Below, in pieces: positions 1 through 10,679 of a DNA stretch of 64,000 nucleotides. The translations under genes were made by a program, and so were the position numbers. The DNA comes from Candidatus Bathyarchaeota archaeon. Lineage in GTDB: Archaea > Thermoproteota > Bathyarchaeia > Bathyarchaeales > Bathycorpusculaceae. Location of the stretch: NCBI GenBank assembly GCA_963826715.1, contig CAWGYA010000002.1, positions 160,001 through 224,000 on the forward strand, given 5' to 3'. The notes under the pieces were generated by a model. It did not search any database. It had not been told where the DNA came from and saw only the letters and a list, made by a program, of their open reading frames with translations. Within the stretch, counting starts at the first letter, position 1; each line of letters begins with the position of its first letter.

Positions 1-1072
1 AGAATGATAAATTTAGAATGTCACCTGGGAATGTATTTTGCTCAAGATAACTTGCTAAATCGTCGTTATTTTTGATAGTTTGGTTGTTCATAGCGACAAT
101 TATGTCGTCAACAGTTAGTTTACCGTCGCAGGGTCCTCCCCGGACAACTGAGTTGATTCGCCAACCGTATGTAACGGTTGCACCTGTTTCCTGCGCCAAA
201 CTGTAGCTCATATCTGTCCCTGTTATACCGAGATATGAATGCCCTTTGTAGCTACCCGTATTTACGAGTGAAGCGACTTCTCTTAGAATCGTGTTTGAAG
301 GTATCGCAAAGCCCAACCCCTGCGAATCAGAAACAATCGCGGTGGTTATTCCAACAACATTACCAAGCGAGTTGAGCAACAAACCGCCTGAGTTGCCTGG
401 GTTAATGGGGGTGCTGGTTTGGATTACGTTTGCGATTGCATAACCGCCCGCGGTGTCTTCAGTTATACTTCGCCCCGTGGCGCTCACAACGCCTGTGGTT
501 AAAGAACCCACAAGTCCATATGGGTTACCGATGGCTATGACTGGTTCGCCTACACGCAAAGGTGAAGAACTCACAATATTTACTGGTTTAAACTGCGAAG
601 AGGGGGCATTTACAGAAAGTACCGCTAAATCTACATATTGGTCTTCGCCAAGGACATTTGCAGAATACCCTTTGCCGTCTGCAAAAGTCACGCTTAAGGT
701 GGAGGTGTCCTCTACAACATGATAATTAGTTATTACGACGTTTCGACCGTTAAATGAGTAAACAAACCCTGATGCCTGTACACCTCCATTGCTTGTTTCG
801 CCTTGAATTAGAACAACCGAGTTATGTACGCTATCGTACAGGTCAGCTAAAGATGTGCCGTTCTGAAGGAGGGTGATGTATTGATAGGTAATATTTTGGG
901 AACCCTCAATATTAGAAACGGAATTATGTAGATCGCTGATTTGACTGTTGATGGTTGTTACCTGCCGATAAGTAACATAGTACATCAACAATCCACCAAC
1001 CAACAATCCAGCAATAAAAAGTATCACGATTGTGCTGGTGGAGGCTTTATTGAAACCCTTAATCGTAAACAT
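1..1072 (-). CDS. HtrA/DegP-like trypsin serine protease with N-terminal TM and C-terminal PDZ (runs off the window edge; absent from ORF track)
   Basis: Manual translation from ATG at 1072 (GGAGG upstream): TM segment, then ITNYHVV, DLAVL, AIGNPYG, PINPGNSGG motifs. Confidence 0.9.
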   Translation of the reverse strand, partial: MFTIKGFNKASTSTIVILFIAGLLVGGLLMYYVTYRQVTTINSQISDLHNSVSNIEGSQNITYQYITLLQNGTSLADLYDSVHNSVVLIQGETSNGGVQASGFVYSFNGRNVVITNYHVVEDTSTLSVTFADGKGYSANVLGEDQYVDLAVLSVNAPSSQFKPVNIVSSSPLRVGEPVIAIGNPYGLVGSLTTGVVSATGRSITEDTAGGYAIANVIQTSTPINPGNSGGLLLNSLGNVVGITTAIVSDSQGLGFAIPSNTILREVASLVNTGSYKGHSYLGITGTDMSYSLAQETGATVTYGWRINSVVRGGPCDGKLTVDDIIVAMNNQTIKNNDDLASYLEQNTFPGDILNLSF

Positions 1073-1120
1073 GTACCCTATGCCTCCAATCAGGATTGCC
1101 GAAAGGGGAAATAAAAGTTC

Positions 1121-2125
1121 CTATGTTCGACGATCAATGAGATCCATAGCTTCTGGGCCAGTTCCAATCAGCGTTACAGGCACACCAGTTTGATTTTCTA
1201 CTTCCTTTATGAAGTCTTTGGCTTCCTTGGATAAATCGTCGTATTTCCGTGCACCTCGACAACCTGGATAGATAACATCAAGTTTAGTCATGGCTGCCTG
1301 TGTAGCACCGTTTATCTTGGCGTTTTTCTTGGCTAATTCAAAGTTAAACGGAGCTGCACGACGGTCTCTGCCTGTGCCCGCAGCAACTTCAAACCAACCC
1401 CGCTTTTGAGCTTCCTCCTTGCTGATTTCGCCGGGTAACGGTCCAGCACCAACGCGGGTTATAAAGGACTTATAAACTATAATGACGTCGTCAACTCTTG
1501 TGGGCCCGACACCGGCTTCCGAAGCGATTGCTGATGCACCAGTATCTCGGCTCGTTACATATGGGTAACCACCGCCTAGGAAAAGCGAAAGCATAAAACC
1601 CTGTGTGCCCTCCAAGAGCACCTTTTTGCCTTCATCTAAACCATCGTTGACTTCGCTAATTTGGTCGCACATATAGGGCTTAAGTTCAGGAATGTCTTTG
1701 ACCAACTTGGCGGTGCGCCTAACTCTTTCTTCAAGAGCTGGTCCAACACCCCAACCTGTAGTACCAATGCCTTTGTTAACGGCTGAGGCTTTGTCTTGGT
1801 CGCTGTGCTTTTGCTCAATTACAGAAGCGTTCTGATCAATGCCGATGCATTTTGGATCCACATGGGTTAGTTCGAGTTCTTTGAAAAACTGGGCAACGTG
1901 CACATTGGATCCTGCCGCAATGAGAAGGCGAGTTTTCGGATTTATAAATGCAGCGGGAACCATGTGGAGTGCATATTTTTTGTTTTCGTACCAAACAGTA
2001 TGGGCTGCGTTAACAGAACCGGTTCGAACACAGAAATCAAGGTTATCTTTAAGGGCTAAATAAGAAATTATTTTTCCTTTGCCTTCATCTCCCCAGAAGG
2101 CTCCGACGATTACTTGGCAAGGCAT
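1121..2125 (-). CDS. purA: Adenylosuccinate synthetase (short archaeal type)
   Basis: GAFWGDEGKGK, EGTQG, YPYVTS, TGRDRR, TKLD motifs. Confidence 0.97.
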   Translation of the reverse strand: MPCQVIVGAFWGDEGKGKIISYLALKDNLDFCVRTGSVNAAHTVWYENKKYALHMVPAAFINPKTRLLIAAGSNVHVAQFFKELELTHVDPKCIGIDQNASVIEQKHSDQDKASAVNKGIGTTGWGVGPALEERVRRTAKLVKDIPELKPYMCDQISEVNDGLDEGKKVLLEGTQGFMLSLFLGGGYPYVTSRDTGASAIASEAGVGPTRVDDVIIVYKSFITRVGAGPLPGEISKEEAQKRGWFEVAAGTGRDRRAAPFNFELAKKNAKINGATQAAMTKLDVIYPGCRGARKYDDLSKEAKDFIKEVENQTGVPVTLIGTGPEAMDLIDRRT

Positions 2126-2250
2126 AACTATTACCCTTTGAAAAGTTGTTGTGTAGCTATTTAAAGCTTGTAGGATCTCTTGAGGATTTACTGTTGTGAA
2201 TTTTTTATAGGATATTGGCGCTAATACATGTAATCCTATTTAACCAAACA

Positions 2251-2631
2251 TTATAAATGCCGTTTGGCTGCTTCAGAATCAATAATTTCCAAAAGCCTCA
2301 CTACAATTTTACCTTTTAGAGTTTTTTCCCGCTCAGAAATTGTATTCCTTGATTCACAAATAGAATCCAAAATTATTCTCTGAGTTTCATCAACAATCAC
2401 AGGATAAACTCTGCAGCCTGATGGACGAGATAAATATACGTTACAACAATGTTTTTCCCTGTTATAAAATACACAATACCCTTCACGATTCTTGAGAGTG
2501 AAATAACCGTGCCTATCTTTGTGGGCAAAATGTTTTTTCAAGTAGCCTAACTTTTCTAGCCGTTTTATATCTCTTTTTGAAAGCAGCATTTCGGTCTCGG
2601 TACAACAAACACCGCAGTTTGAACAACGCAT
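2251..2631 (-). CDS. YkgJ-family cysteine cluster protein
   Basis: CxxCGxCC ... CVFY ... CNVY.SRP..CRVYP pattern. Confidence 0.85.
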   Translation of the reverse strand: MRCSNCGVCCTETEMLLSKRDIKRLEKLGYLKKHFAHKDRHGYFTLKNREGYCVFYNREKHCCNVYLSRPSGCRVYPVIVDETQRIILDSICESRNTISEREKTLKGKIVVRLLEIIDSEAAKRHL

Positions 2632-2681
2632 AAATGCTGAATGAATTCTATTGTATTTGTGTTTTTAGTATGCTTTGCAAT

Positions 2682-2921
2682 TTAGCCAGTGGTTTTCATT
2701 AAATTAATGTTTATCATTTCTGCGTAGGCAATATTTTTAAGAGGCAGGCGGTTTGCTTTGCGATTTCTTCGGGGGGCATACTCTATTTGGTTGTTGTTTT
2801 TTCCTTGAATCTTATGCAGTTTTGTTAGGTGAACATTTACTATGACTGCCCCATCTTTTAGATGAAGATTCACGTTTTTCCCAATGTATGATTTTGCGCT
2901 GTTCCCACTGAAACTCTCCAA
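2682..2921 (-). CDS. Small hypothetical protein, possible Sm/LSm-like beta-barrel
   Basis: TTG start after GAGG/GGTGA; IGKNVNLHLKDG resembles the Sm1 motif. Confidence 0.5.
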   Translation of the reverse strand: MESFSGNSAKSYIGKNVNLHLKDGAVIVNVHLTKLHKIQGKNNNQIEYAPRRNRKANRLPLKNIAYAEMININLMKTTG

Positions 2922-3181
2922 TTCACCAATCCGCCTCTTGCTCAGCTATTTTGCTCCAGCATTGATTACATATTGGAAGGTTTTCACCATTCATTTGGAT
3001 ATAGAGTTTAATGTTTTCGCAAGCACAATTATCTATCCAGGGGTTTTTACAATGTTCCATGTTTAGTCCTCGCGGGAGAGTTATCGATTTTTGCTTTTAA
3101 GGAAGATGCAGAACCAACTCTCACATGACGTGGAGGGGTTGGTGAAAGTGAAAGTTTAATACAGCTCAAATCAACAACTAT

Positions 3182-3640
3182 TTGTTGAAACATATGGTTT
3201 CAGTGGACGTGGTAATTCTTGCAACGGGTTCTCTTTTCTTGCAGTTCTTCGTTCTTTTTTTGTTAGTTTACGCTTTCAACTTAAAACGTAAACTCAAATT
3301 CGCCTTGCATGGAATCGTCATGACCATCGCAGTTTTAACTCATGCAGCTTCGATTTTTCTTGTCATGATTCCCTCACTATCTGCGATGAACTCCCCTGCC
3401 TTTGTTTTGCCAGCCTTCAAAGAATTCGCATATATGGGAAGCTTAATTCACGGGATTGTTGGAGGAACCGCTTTCGCACTTGGAATTTGGCTAGTAGCAG
3501 CTTGGCGCTTCAGAAAAAACGTTAAAGGATGCTTCTTGCGAAAAAAATTCATGATAGTCACATTTGTTCTTTGGACTACATCGTTGATCATGGGAATTCT
3601 AATCTTCGGAGTTCTTTATGGACCCACTCTTATCAATTAA
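3182..3640 (+). CDS. Four-TM membrane protein, DUF420-like
   Basis: Four hydrophobic helices with conserved-type His residues (LHG, THA, IHG). Confidence 0.65.
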   Translation: MLKHMVSVDVVILATGSLFLQFFVLFLLVYAFNLKRKLKFALHGIVMTIAVLTHAASIFLVMIPSLSAMNSPAFVLPAFKEFAYMGSLIHGIVGGTAFALGIWLVAAWRFRKNVKGCFLRKKFMIVTFVLWTTSLIMGILIFGVLYGPTLIN

Positions 3641-4180
3641 AGCTCGATTATTTGTGGATCAATGGTTTTTTTTGAGATTTTGAGTAAACCTACAGAAAGT
3701 TTACCAGTGATTGAAGCTGGAACGGTTGGGCTGCCGGGATTTATGTAGAGTATCTTGCTTTCCCAATTAATGCTGGGGACATGAGTATGCCCATAGACAA
3801 AAACGTTAAAGTCGTTTGCCATGATCAACTCACGCATACGGTTAAAACCAAATTCAATATCAGGATCATGCATCACGCCGATTTTCCAATCAAAAATTTT
3901 AAGGGAATTAAGGCTCGGAAAGGTGTTTTTAATTTTTAAATCATCCATGTTGCCTTGGACTGCCAAAACAGGAGCAATCTGCTCTAATTCATCTAAAACT
4001 TCGAGTTCGAACTAAATCACCTGCATGGATGATGTAGTCGGTTTTTTCGAAAATTTCAAGAACCTTTTTTGGAAGATAGTGAGCTTTTTTAGGCACATGG
4101 GTATCTGAGATTAAACCCACTGTTTTGGTAACTTCAGTGAGTGGGGGTTCCTTTGATATGAGTGCGGTTCCATTCATCAT
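3637..4180 (-). CDS. YfcE/MJ0936-family metallophosphoesterase, +1 frameshift near 4010
   Basis: ISDTH and HAGD in upstream ORF; GNMD, GHTH, NPGS in downstream ORF; removing one base restores AGDLVELEVLDELEQIAPVLAVQGNMD. Confidence 0.85.
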
Positions 4181-4272
4181 GACGTTATTTCCTCTCAGTC
4201 ATACGAGCGCTAAGTATTATGTTGCATTAGCAATACAAAAACTGTATGTAAAAAGAAGAAAGGAAAAGTGCA

Positions 4273-5631
4273 TTATGTCATGAATCGTCTAACCGCTTCA
4301 TAGAAGACGCTGACTCCAAATACCAAATTCTCTATGGTTATGCGCTCATCTATCCCGTGCATCCGTTTCTCTAATTCATTGTTGGGTTCATCAGGTCTCA
4401 TAGGATGAAAACCATAGCAAACGCTGCCAGTTTCCCTAAAGAAACGTGAATCGGTTCCACCAGTTGTTAATGTAGGTGTTACACCGCAGTTCGGTTCGAG
4501 TTCCAGAAGCGTACTGGCAATTGCGTCATAGAGCGGAGTCTGTGTGATTGATTCTGAACCGTCATGCATCTGAATAATTTCGTAGCTGAGTTTGCCATTG
4601 CTTACATCAGTTAGCATGTATTTAATTTGGGATAGGGTTTCATCAACGCTTTGCCCGGGCAAAACACGGCAGTCAAAAGTGACTTCACATTCTGAAGGTA
4701 TAATGTTTTCTTTTATGCCACCACTAATTATGGTAGGGGTTATTGTGGTACGGATTCGGGGCCAGATTTCCTCAGCAAGCACTTTGTCTTTCTCGGCTAA
4801 TTCTTTCAATATTTGATCGCTTTCCTGGGGATTACTTAACAACCGAGAGATTATTTCTTCCATGTCCGGGTTACTTTTTGAAACCTGAGTCAAAATCTCT
4901 TTTAACGTATTAACATAAACAATGGGGGGACTATACTGACCGAGTTTCTCAATTACTTTATTAATGCGTAAAATAGCGTTATCTGCCGTGTTCGGGGTAG
5001 AGCCATGCCCTGGGATCCCTTGAGCTTTAATTTTAAACCATAAAATCCCTTTCTCTGCCGTCTGTATGGGGTAAACATTTCCGTTTTTCTGAGGCAAAGC
5101 CAAGCCGCCACCCTCGTTTAAAACGTATGGGCACCAAATTTTTTCTTTATGGTTCCGAAGCAAGTAGCCCGCCCCTTGTTCACCGCCCCTTTCCTCGTCA
5201 GCCGTTGCCGCTAACACTACATCTCCTTTTAATGGAACGTTGTTTTTCTTTAGAAGTTTTAGCGTTAAAACTTCGACAGCGGTCATACCCTTCATGTCTA
5301 TCGCACCTCTACCATAGACGTAGCCATCCTTAACAGTCCCGGCGAAAGGCTCAACGGTCCACTCAGCTCGATTTGCCGCTACTACATCGAGGTGTGAGAG
5401 CAAAAGCAGATTTGGTTTTTCACCTGTACCTTTGAGTCTTGTAATTAGGCTACCCCTTCCTTCGGTAGACTCTATAATTTCACTGTTAATTCCTTCTTTG
5501 CTGAGATACTCTACGATGAATTTAGCCGCTTGGGTTTCGTTTCCCGGTGGGTTGGTTGTGTTTATGCTAATTAAATCTGAGAGGAAACATGTTATATCGG
5601 TTTCAATTGCGTTAAAAAATTTAATAGGCAT
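4273..5631 (-). CDS. M20/M25/M40 metallo-hydrolase (ArgE/DapE-like)
   Basis: SHLDVV, GRGAIDMKG, ADEE, GGTDSR, HGIDE motifs. Confidence 0.92.
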   Translation of the reverse strand: MPIKFFNAIETDITCFLSDLISINTTNPPGNETQAAKFIVEYLSKEGINSEIIESTEGRGSLITRLKGTGEKPNLLLLSHLDVVAANRAEWTVEPFAGTVKDGYVYGRGAIDMKGMTAVEVLTLKLLKKNNVPLKGDVVLAATADEERGGEQGAGYLLRNHKEKIWCPYVLNEGGGLALPQKNGNVYPIQTAEKGILWFKIKAQGIPGHGSTPNTADNAILRINKVIEKLGQYSPPIVYVNTLKEILTQVSKSNPDMEEIISRLLSNPQESDQILKELAEKDKVLAEEIWPRIRTTITPTIISGGIKENIIPSECEVTFDCRVLPGQSVDETLSQIKYMLTDVSNGKLSYEIIQMHDGSESITQTPLYDAIASTLLELEPNCGVTPTLTTGGTDSRFFRETGSVCYGFHPMRPDEPNNELEKRMHGIDERITIENLVFGVSVFYEAVRRFMT

Positions 5632-5789
5632 TATTTCTTTTGCTCCTACATCCTTGAATATGGTTTATCTCTTAAGTATTTTTGTTGATTTCAGCTAAAG
5701 GTTTTGAGAAGAAAATTTCTATTCTGAAACAATGATGTTTATATATGATGTGAAAAAGCCTATTCACTAGAAAAAATTATTTGAGTTGA

Positions 5790-6305
5790 ATGCAAATGAA
5801 AGATCTTAAACCAATAGACTACAAAATTTTATTCGAGCTCATGAAAGATTCCCATAGAAGCGATCGCCAACTAGCTAAAGCATTGGGTGTTTCGCAGCCA
5901 ACAGTAACCCGTAGGAGAGCTATGCTCGAAGAAAATTATATTGAAGGGTACACCGTTATTCCAAAGTTTGGTCAAATTGGGTTTGAGATTGCAGCGATTA
6001 CTTTTTTGAAAAGCAAACTAAAGTATGCAGCAGGCGAAGAAAAGACCAACGCATTACAGAAAATGAAAGAATGGTATATGAAGCAAACAAACGTCATCCT
6101 CGCCTTAGACGGCAGAGGAATGGGTTGGGACGCCGTCTGCATTTCACTTCACGAGAACTTTGCAAGCTTTGCAGAATTCCTGAGAGCTCACGATTCAGAA
6201 TTGTCCGAGTGGGTGGTTGAAAGCCAAACATTCAACGCTGATTTAAAAGGCGGAATTGTGATCAAGCCGTTCCACCTCAAATACCTCGCTTCGCTGAAAC
6301 AATAG
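5790..6305 (+). CDS. Lrp/AsnC-family transcriptional regulator
   Basis: N-terminal HTH SDRQLAKALGVSQPTVTRR ... IEGYT. Confidence 0.9.
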   Translation: MQMKDLKPIDYKILFELMKDSHRSDRQLAKALGVSQPTVTRRRAMLEENYIEGYTVIPKFGQIGFEIAAITFLKSKLKYAAGEEKTNALQKMKEWYMKQTNVILALDGRGMGWDAVCISLHENFASFAEFLRAHDSELSEWVVESQTFNADLKGGIVIKPFHLKYLASLKQ

Positions 6306-6544
6306 TAAAATTTTCTAAACTTTTTAATTTTTAATCCTTTTTTCTTATTTTTAAGTGGATCGTTGTCGACCACTGTAGAAGAGCGGGCTTAACGATACCT
6401 ATTGGCGATTTATTTTTTTTAGCAGTCGCTTCTTGGGTAACTTGGGTTTTTTAACCCTGTTTACATCAGCAGTCAAAATAATCAACCTGCAATTAACTAT
6501 TGTTATTGATCTATATAAAAGAGCAATAAAGAAGAAAAAGGGAG

Positions 6545-8551
6545 TTAGTTCAGGCTGATTATTGCTATCTGCGAGAGGTCTGTTAAGCTGTTTAGTTTTA
6601 CCTGCGAGTTCGAAAACGTGTAGAGGACATTGTTGATATAGAGGGAGCGGTTTATCCAGTCGTTTTGGGTGCTGTAGTAATCGTTGAGGTTACTTAGGTG
6701 TCCTTGGCTGTCGAGTAGTGTTTCGTTTAGGTGAGTTATGGTGCCTTTGAGAGTGAAGCCTCCATCTAAACTAACGCTAAACACGTAGGTGCCTTGCCAG
6801 ACTGTGTTGCCGTATGCTGAGTCACCGTATTGCTTGTTTTCCTCGCTTACCAACGCTAAACTCACGGGGATAACCAGTAACCCCTTGCTTTTGTCAAAGA
6901 GAAACGCCTTGGGTTCATAGAGCGATGGTGAGTCGGTTCCGCGGTCTCCGATGACATAGTTTGCGAGTTGTGTAGGATTGTTTACGTTTCCAACATCAAA
7001 GAGGGCCAACTTTAGTCCCTGATACCATGCGAAGTTTTCCTGCGCAGTTGTCTCCACTGCCTCTTTGCCGACACCGATTAAGTGAGTTTGGTCGTAGGGG
7101 TGGAGGTAGTCGGAATAGCCGGGGATTTTAAGTTCGCCAAGCACCGTAGGATTGCTGGGAACGCTAAGGTCAACAACGAAGAGGGGGTCAGTTTGCTTAA
7201 AGGTAACCAAGTAGCCTTTGTCGCCCATAAAGCGGACGGCGTGGAGGTTCTCGTTTTCTGCGAGTCCCTCAAGTTTGCCGGTGACTTGCAAGTTGGGGTT
7301 GAGTATGTAGACGTTGTTGGTTTGGGCTTCTGTGCCGTACCAGTTTGTGGCGATGCGGAAGTAGCCGTTGTATTCGTCCATGGAGTACTGGTTGATTGTG
7401 TTGCCGGGTACGCTGCCCTGTGCTTGGAGGCTGAGGGTTAAACCGTTTATGGAGACGCGATAGATGGAGGTGTAAGTGCCACTGTTCATTTGCCAGTTGG
7501 GGTAGGTGATGTAGATGTTGTCTGATGAGACGTACATCGTGGATGCTCCGCCCATCATAACTGTCATGTTCGTTGGCGTTAGGCTGTCATCGGCAAGGCT
7601 GATACCGTAGAAGCTGGTAAAGCTGTAGCTGGTGTCGCTCATGTCCGCGTAGTATATACTGCTTGGGGAGGCGTCATAAGCGATGTTGCCCTCGTAGACT
7701 GCGGGCAGCGGTACTATGCCATTATAGAACCATGCGTTTTGGCTTACGATAGTGTAGAGGTTGTTGCCTATTAGACGTGAGTTAAAGTATTGACCTGTCA
7801 TGGTGAAATTACGGGTTAACGTGGGGGAAGATTTGTCAGTGACATCGTAGACGTTAACAAATGTGTAGCTGTCACTTTGGTAGAAAGGCATAATTCTGGG
7901 TTCGGATTTTGTGTCGCTCCCTTCAGTGTAGTCACTGAAGTTGATGTAGTTGTATTTGCCTGCGATAACTATCAGCTTGTTTCCGTCTGGGCTGAGGAAT
8001 AACCCTGTAGGATTTGTGTTGTTGCCCAGGTTGATTTTTGATACGACATGGGGGTTTTGAGGGTCTGCGCTTATTATGTCAACTGCGTTGGTGACACCTA
8101 AGCTACTGTAGCCATAATAGTCATAGAAAACAGTCGGTTGGATCGTCGATATTGTGTAGATGTATTGGCCATCGGTTTTTACGGTGTCCGCTTCATCTAC
8201 GCCAGCCACTTGAATGTTGGTTGTGGAATAATCCATCGTATATGATCCACCAGCAGTAAGTGAGTTACTTCCATCTTCCATGATTATGTGTGCAGGAACT
8301 GGCATGTCACCGGTTCCTAAGGATTTGTCCCCAAATGAGTTTCCCCGGGTGACTTGAGAGTTTGTATTTAGGTAGTCGGCAATTTCCTGAACAGACGAGA
8401 AGGTTTTGAGCCCCGACGCCGAAGGCGCCTGTGCCGGAAAAATCATGGGGGCTGCGCCGAACACGTAAACTGTTGATATGAGTACGATTGCGCAAAGCAC
8501 TGCTGCTGTGCCGTAGATTTTGGTTTTTTTGTGGATTTCTTTCTGTACCAT
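6545..8551 (-). CDS. Membrane-anchored secreted beta-propeller domain protein
   Basis: N-terminal TM; YSTTNIQVAGVDEADTVKTDG, NQYSMDEY, AVRFMG..YLVTF..TDPLF, GELKIPGYSDYLHP signature. Confidence 0.88.
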   Translation of the reverse strand: MVQKEIHKKTKIYGTAAVLCAIVLISTVYVFGAAPMIFPAQAPSASGLKTFSSVQEIADYLNTNSQVTRGNSFGDKSLGTGDMPVPAHIIMEDGSNSLTAGGSYTMDYSTTNIQVAGVDEADTVKTDGQYIYTISTIQPTVFYDYYGYSSLGVTNAVDIISADPQNPHVVSKINLGNNTNPTGLFLSPDGNKLIVIAGKYNYINFSDYTEGSDTKSEPRIMPFYQSDSYTFVNVYDVTDKSSPTLTRNFTMTGQYFNSRLIGNNLYTIVSQNAWFYNGIVPLPAVYEGNIAYDASPSSIYYADMSDTSYSFTSFYGISLADDSLTPTNMTVMMGGASTMYVSSDNIYITYPNWQMNSGTYTSIYRVSINGLTLSLQAQGSVPGNTINQYSMDEYNGYFRIATNWYGTEAQTNNVYILNPNLQVTGKLEGLAENENLHAVRFMGDKGYLVTFKQTDPLFVVDLSVPSNPTVLGELKIPGYSDYLHPYDQTHLIGVGKEAVETTAQENFAWYQGLKLALFDVGNVNNPTQLANYVIGDRGTDSPSLYEPKAFLFDKSKGLLVIPVSLALVSEENKQYGDSAYGNTVWQGTYVFSVSLDGGFTLKGTITHLNETLLDSQGHLSNLNDYYSTQNDWINRSLYINNVLYTFSNSQVKLNSLTDLSQIAIISLN

Positions 8552-8626
8552 ATTCTTTTTTCTCCTGACCTTTGCTAATTGGACTTTTTATATTATGCTA
8601 ATCCCACGAACATGCTGTACTAATAT

Positions 8627-9073
8627 TTAGAATGGTCTCATGCCCCAAATGCGGTAAGCTTCATACCAAAAAATGCTGCAGACTATAGCGCCAAAGAGGA
8701 TGATGAAGACGTTGTCACGTGTGAAACTGTGAACCATCAACCCCAAATAGAGGGCATAAAACATCGTAGAGAATAGGGCGTAGAAGAAGTACCGTGGAAA
8801 CAGTAACTTTCCTAATTTGACATAGTGCCGAAGTACGCCGATTTTAACTTCGCCAACTAGCACATAATGCCCCCCGATATCTTGTTTCTCAACCAATCCT
8901 AATTCACGTAGTTGCTCAAGATGGTGGAAAGCAATGCTTGGACTGCTGAAATGAAGGGCTCGTTGGACTTCGCGAACACCTGCGGGGGCACCGTTTTTTA
9001 AAAGATACCAATATACTTTCCAAGCCTTACCGCGTAGAGCATATTCGAGTTCAGTTTCAGTGTTCCGGTTCAA
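8627..9073 (-). CDS. Winged-HTH regulator with two C-terminal TM helices
   Basis: GVREVQRALHFSSPSIAFHHLEQLRELGLV followed by two hydrophobic segments. Confidence 0.8.
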   Translation of the reverse strand: MNRNTETELEYALRGKAWKVYWYLLKNGAPAGVREVQRALHFSSPSIAFHHLEQLRELGLVEKQDIGGHYVLVGEVKIGVLRHYVKLGKLLFPRYFFYALFSTMFYALYLGLMVHSFTRDNVFIILFGAIVCSIFWYEAYRIWGMRPF

Positions 9074-9253
9074 GCTGCGTGTGCCTCAGGTTAGATAATC
9101 TATTTAGGGACCATATAAGTCCAATTGTTAGAACAGTTTGTTCGTATAACATTTCAGTAAAGGATAAAATAATCTAAGCAAACAAAATCAACATATCTAA
9201 AATACAATACTTATAAGTAATAAGCTATACTATATTAGCTTGAGTTAATTATT

Positions 9254-9868
9254 ATGACTGAGCGAAAAGAACCAACTGTAAAGACTGAATCCACAAACAG
9301 TGATGAACTAAGAAAATTCGGAAATGAAATGTATGAAGAATCAGCAAGTGCAGTAAGACATGTAGGCGCACGTGTAGTGCTCTCTATTGGAGCTGCTATA
9401 CTCATATGGCTTGCAGGAAGGCTAATCTTTGTTCCAATGGCTCAAGGACTAACACAGGAACTATTAGGTTACCCGATAGCGCAAATAATTAGTGCAATAA
9501 TTGCAGTGGCTTTGGCAGTCATTATCTTTGGTGTTTTCATTGATATACGAAGACTGACAAGTGGTTTATCTGGAATTTTAGCGTATCACTTCGGTAAAGC
9601 CAGTGGTGAAGTACAAAAGGCAGAAGTAAGTAACTACCGAGTAGCCATCGAAGGCGTCTTATACGTAATTGTTGTGTCAGTGACATATCTGCTATTCGTG
9701 GATTATCTTGCGACGATCCATCCTGCAATTCCAGCAGTTCTGTTGATACTTATTGTGATTTGGGCAATATTTGCTCTCTATAGAAGCACCAGAGCTTTGG
9801 CAAATATTATTGGTAAATACACCTCTAAAGCCGCTGATGAACTTGGGAAACAGTCTAAAAAACAATAA
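9254..9868 (+). CDS. Hypothetical four-TM membrane protein
   Basis: 204-aa ORF with four hydrophobic helices and a TATA-like element upstream. Confidence 0.75.
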   Translation: MTERKEPTVKTESTNSDELRKFGNEMYEESASAVRHVGARVVLSIGAAILIWLAGRLIFVPMAQGLTQELLGYPIAQIISAIIAVALAVIIFGVFIDIRRLTSGLSGILAYHFGKASGEVQKAEVSNYRVAIEGVLYVIVVSVTYLLFVDYLATIHPAIPAVLLILIVIWAIFALYRSTRALANIIGKYTSKAADELGKQSKKQ

Positions 9869-9917
9869 ATCCCTTTATTTTTTTATAATCAAAAGAATCC
9901 TTTAGGAGCATACTTTA

Positions 9918-10412
9918 ATGGTGACAGTTGAAGAAATAACAAATATTAAACAAACCCTCAAAGAACAGGGTCCGAAGACATTTTCTTCGCTGTTATCTGC
10001 TATAATTATTTGGTTATTTAGTGTACTTGTTTTCATACCAATAGCTTCATCAATAGGAAAGAACGTTGAATTAGTGATTGTTTTGATAACTCTTAGTGCT
10101 TTTTCAGCTATTATTTTGATTAGTTTGAGGGGGGTTAAGAATTTGCTTGATGTAGTCTCAGTAATTCCTGCGAGAAAATACTTTGTCAATAAAGGACTTT
10201 CATTAGAATCTGCGATTTCCGTTTCAAAACTATTTTTGTATGTACCGTGGATTTTATTGGTCTATTTGCTTTATTTTCCCTACTTGGCACTTCTACACCC
10301 TGCAATTAAAGGTATAGTCCTAATCTTTGTGATCATATCACTATTTCTAATAGCACTAAATATTGCAAGTATATCAAAGAATATAATAACTGACTGGATC
10401 TATTCCGCATAA
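9918..10412 (+). CDS. Hypothetical four-TM membrane protein, probable paralog of the upstream gene
   Basis: Shares A.LIWL...LIFVP.A and YL..IHPA segments with 9254..9868. Confidence 0.7.
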   Translation: MVTVEEITNIKQTLKEQGPKTFSSLLSAIIIWLFSVLVFIPIASSIGKNVELVIVLITLSAFSAIILISLRGVKNLLDVVSVIPARKYFVNKGLSLESAISVSKLFLYVPWILLVYLLYFPYLALLHPAIKGIVLIFVIISLFLIALNIASISKNIITDWIYSA

Positions 10413-10679
10413 ATCTCAGTGAATTCAACATTGCTATAAGAATATGGAATTTTAAAATTTTAAAGTTTAATATTTTAGTAAACTATTAAAGACGTTATTA
10501 GAGTTTCAAGGCTGATATTCGCCCCAAGGCTAAACATAATATTGCTTTGTCTAACCCGCGCGTGATAACTTAATCTGCACATACGCACCCATTTTCTAAA
10601 CGCCCTTCCTCTATGGAAGGGAGGGGGATGGCATACGATTAAAACGACTTTTCGCCTTCATCAGAGGGCGGTCGGAAGC

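Noticed and set aside
178-722. Plus-strand ORFs of 65 and 89 aa
   Set aside because: Antisense shadows of the HtrA-like gene; the same applies to most short overlapping ORFs in the track
10640-10670. Hammerhead-like core CTGATGA...GAAA on the minus strand
   Set aside because: Only 4 nt separate the motifs, so there is no stem II, and I found no convincing stems I and III
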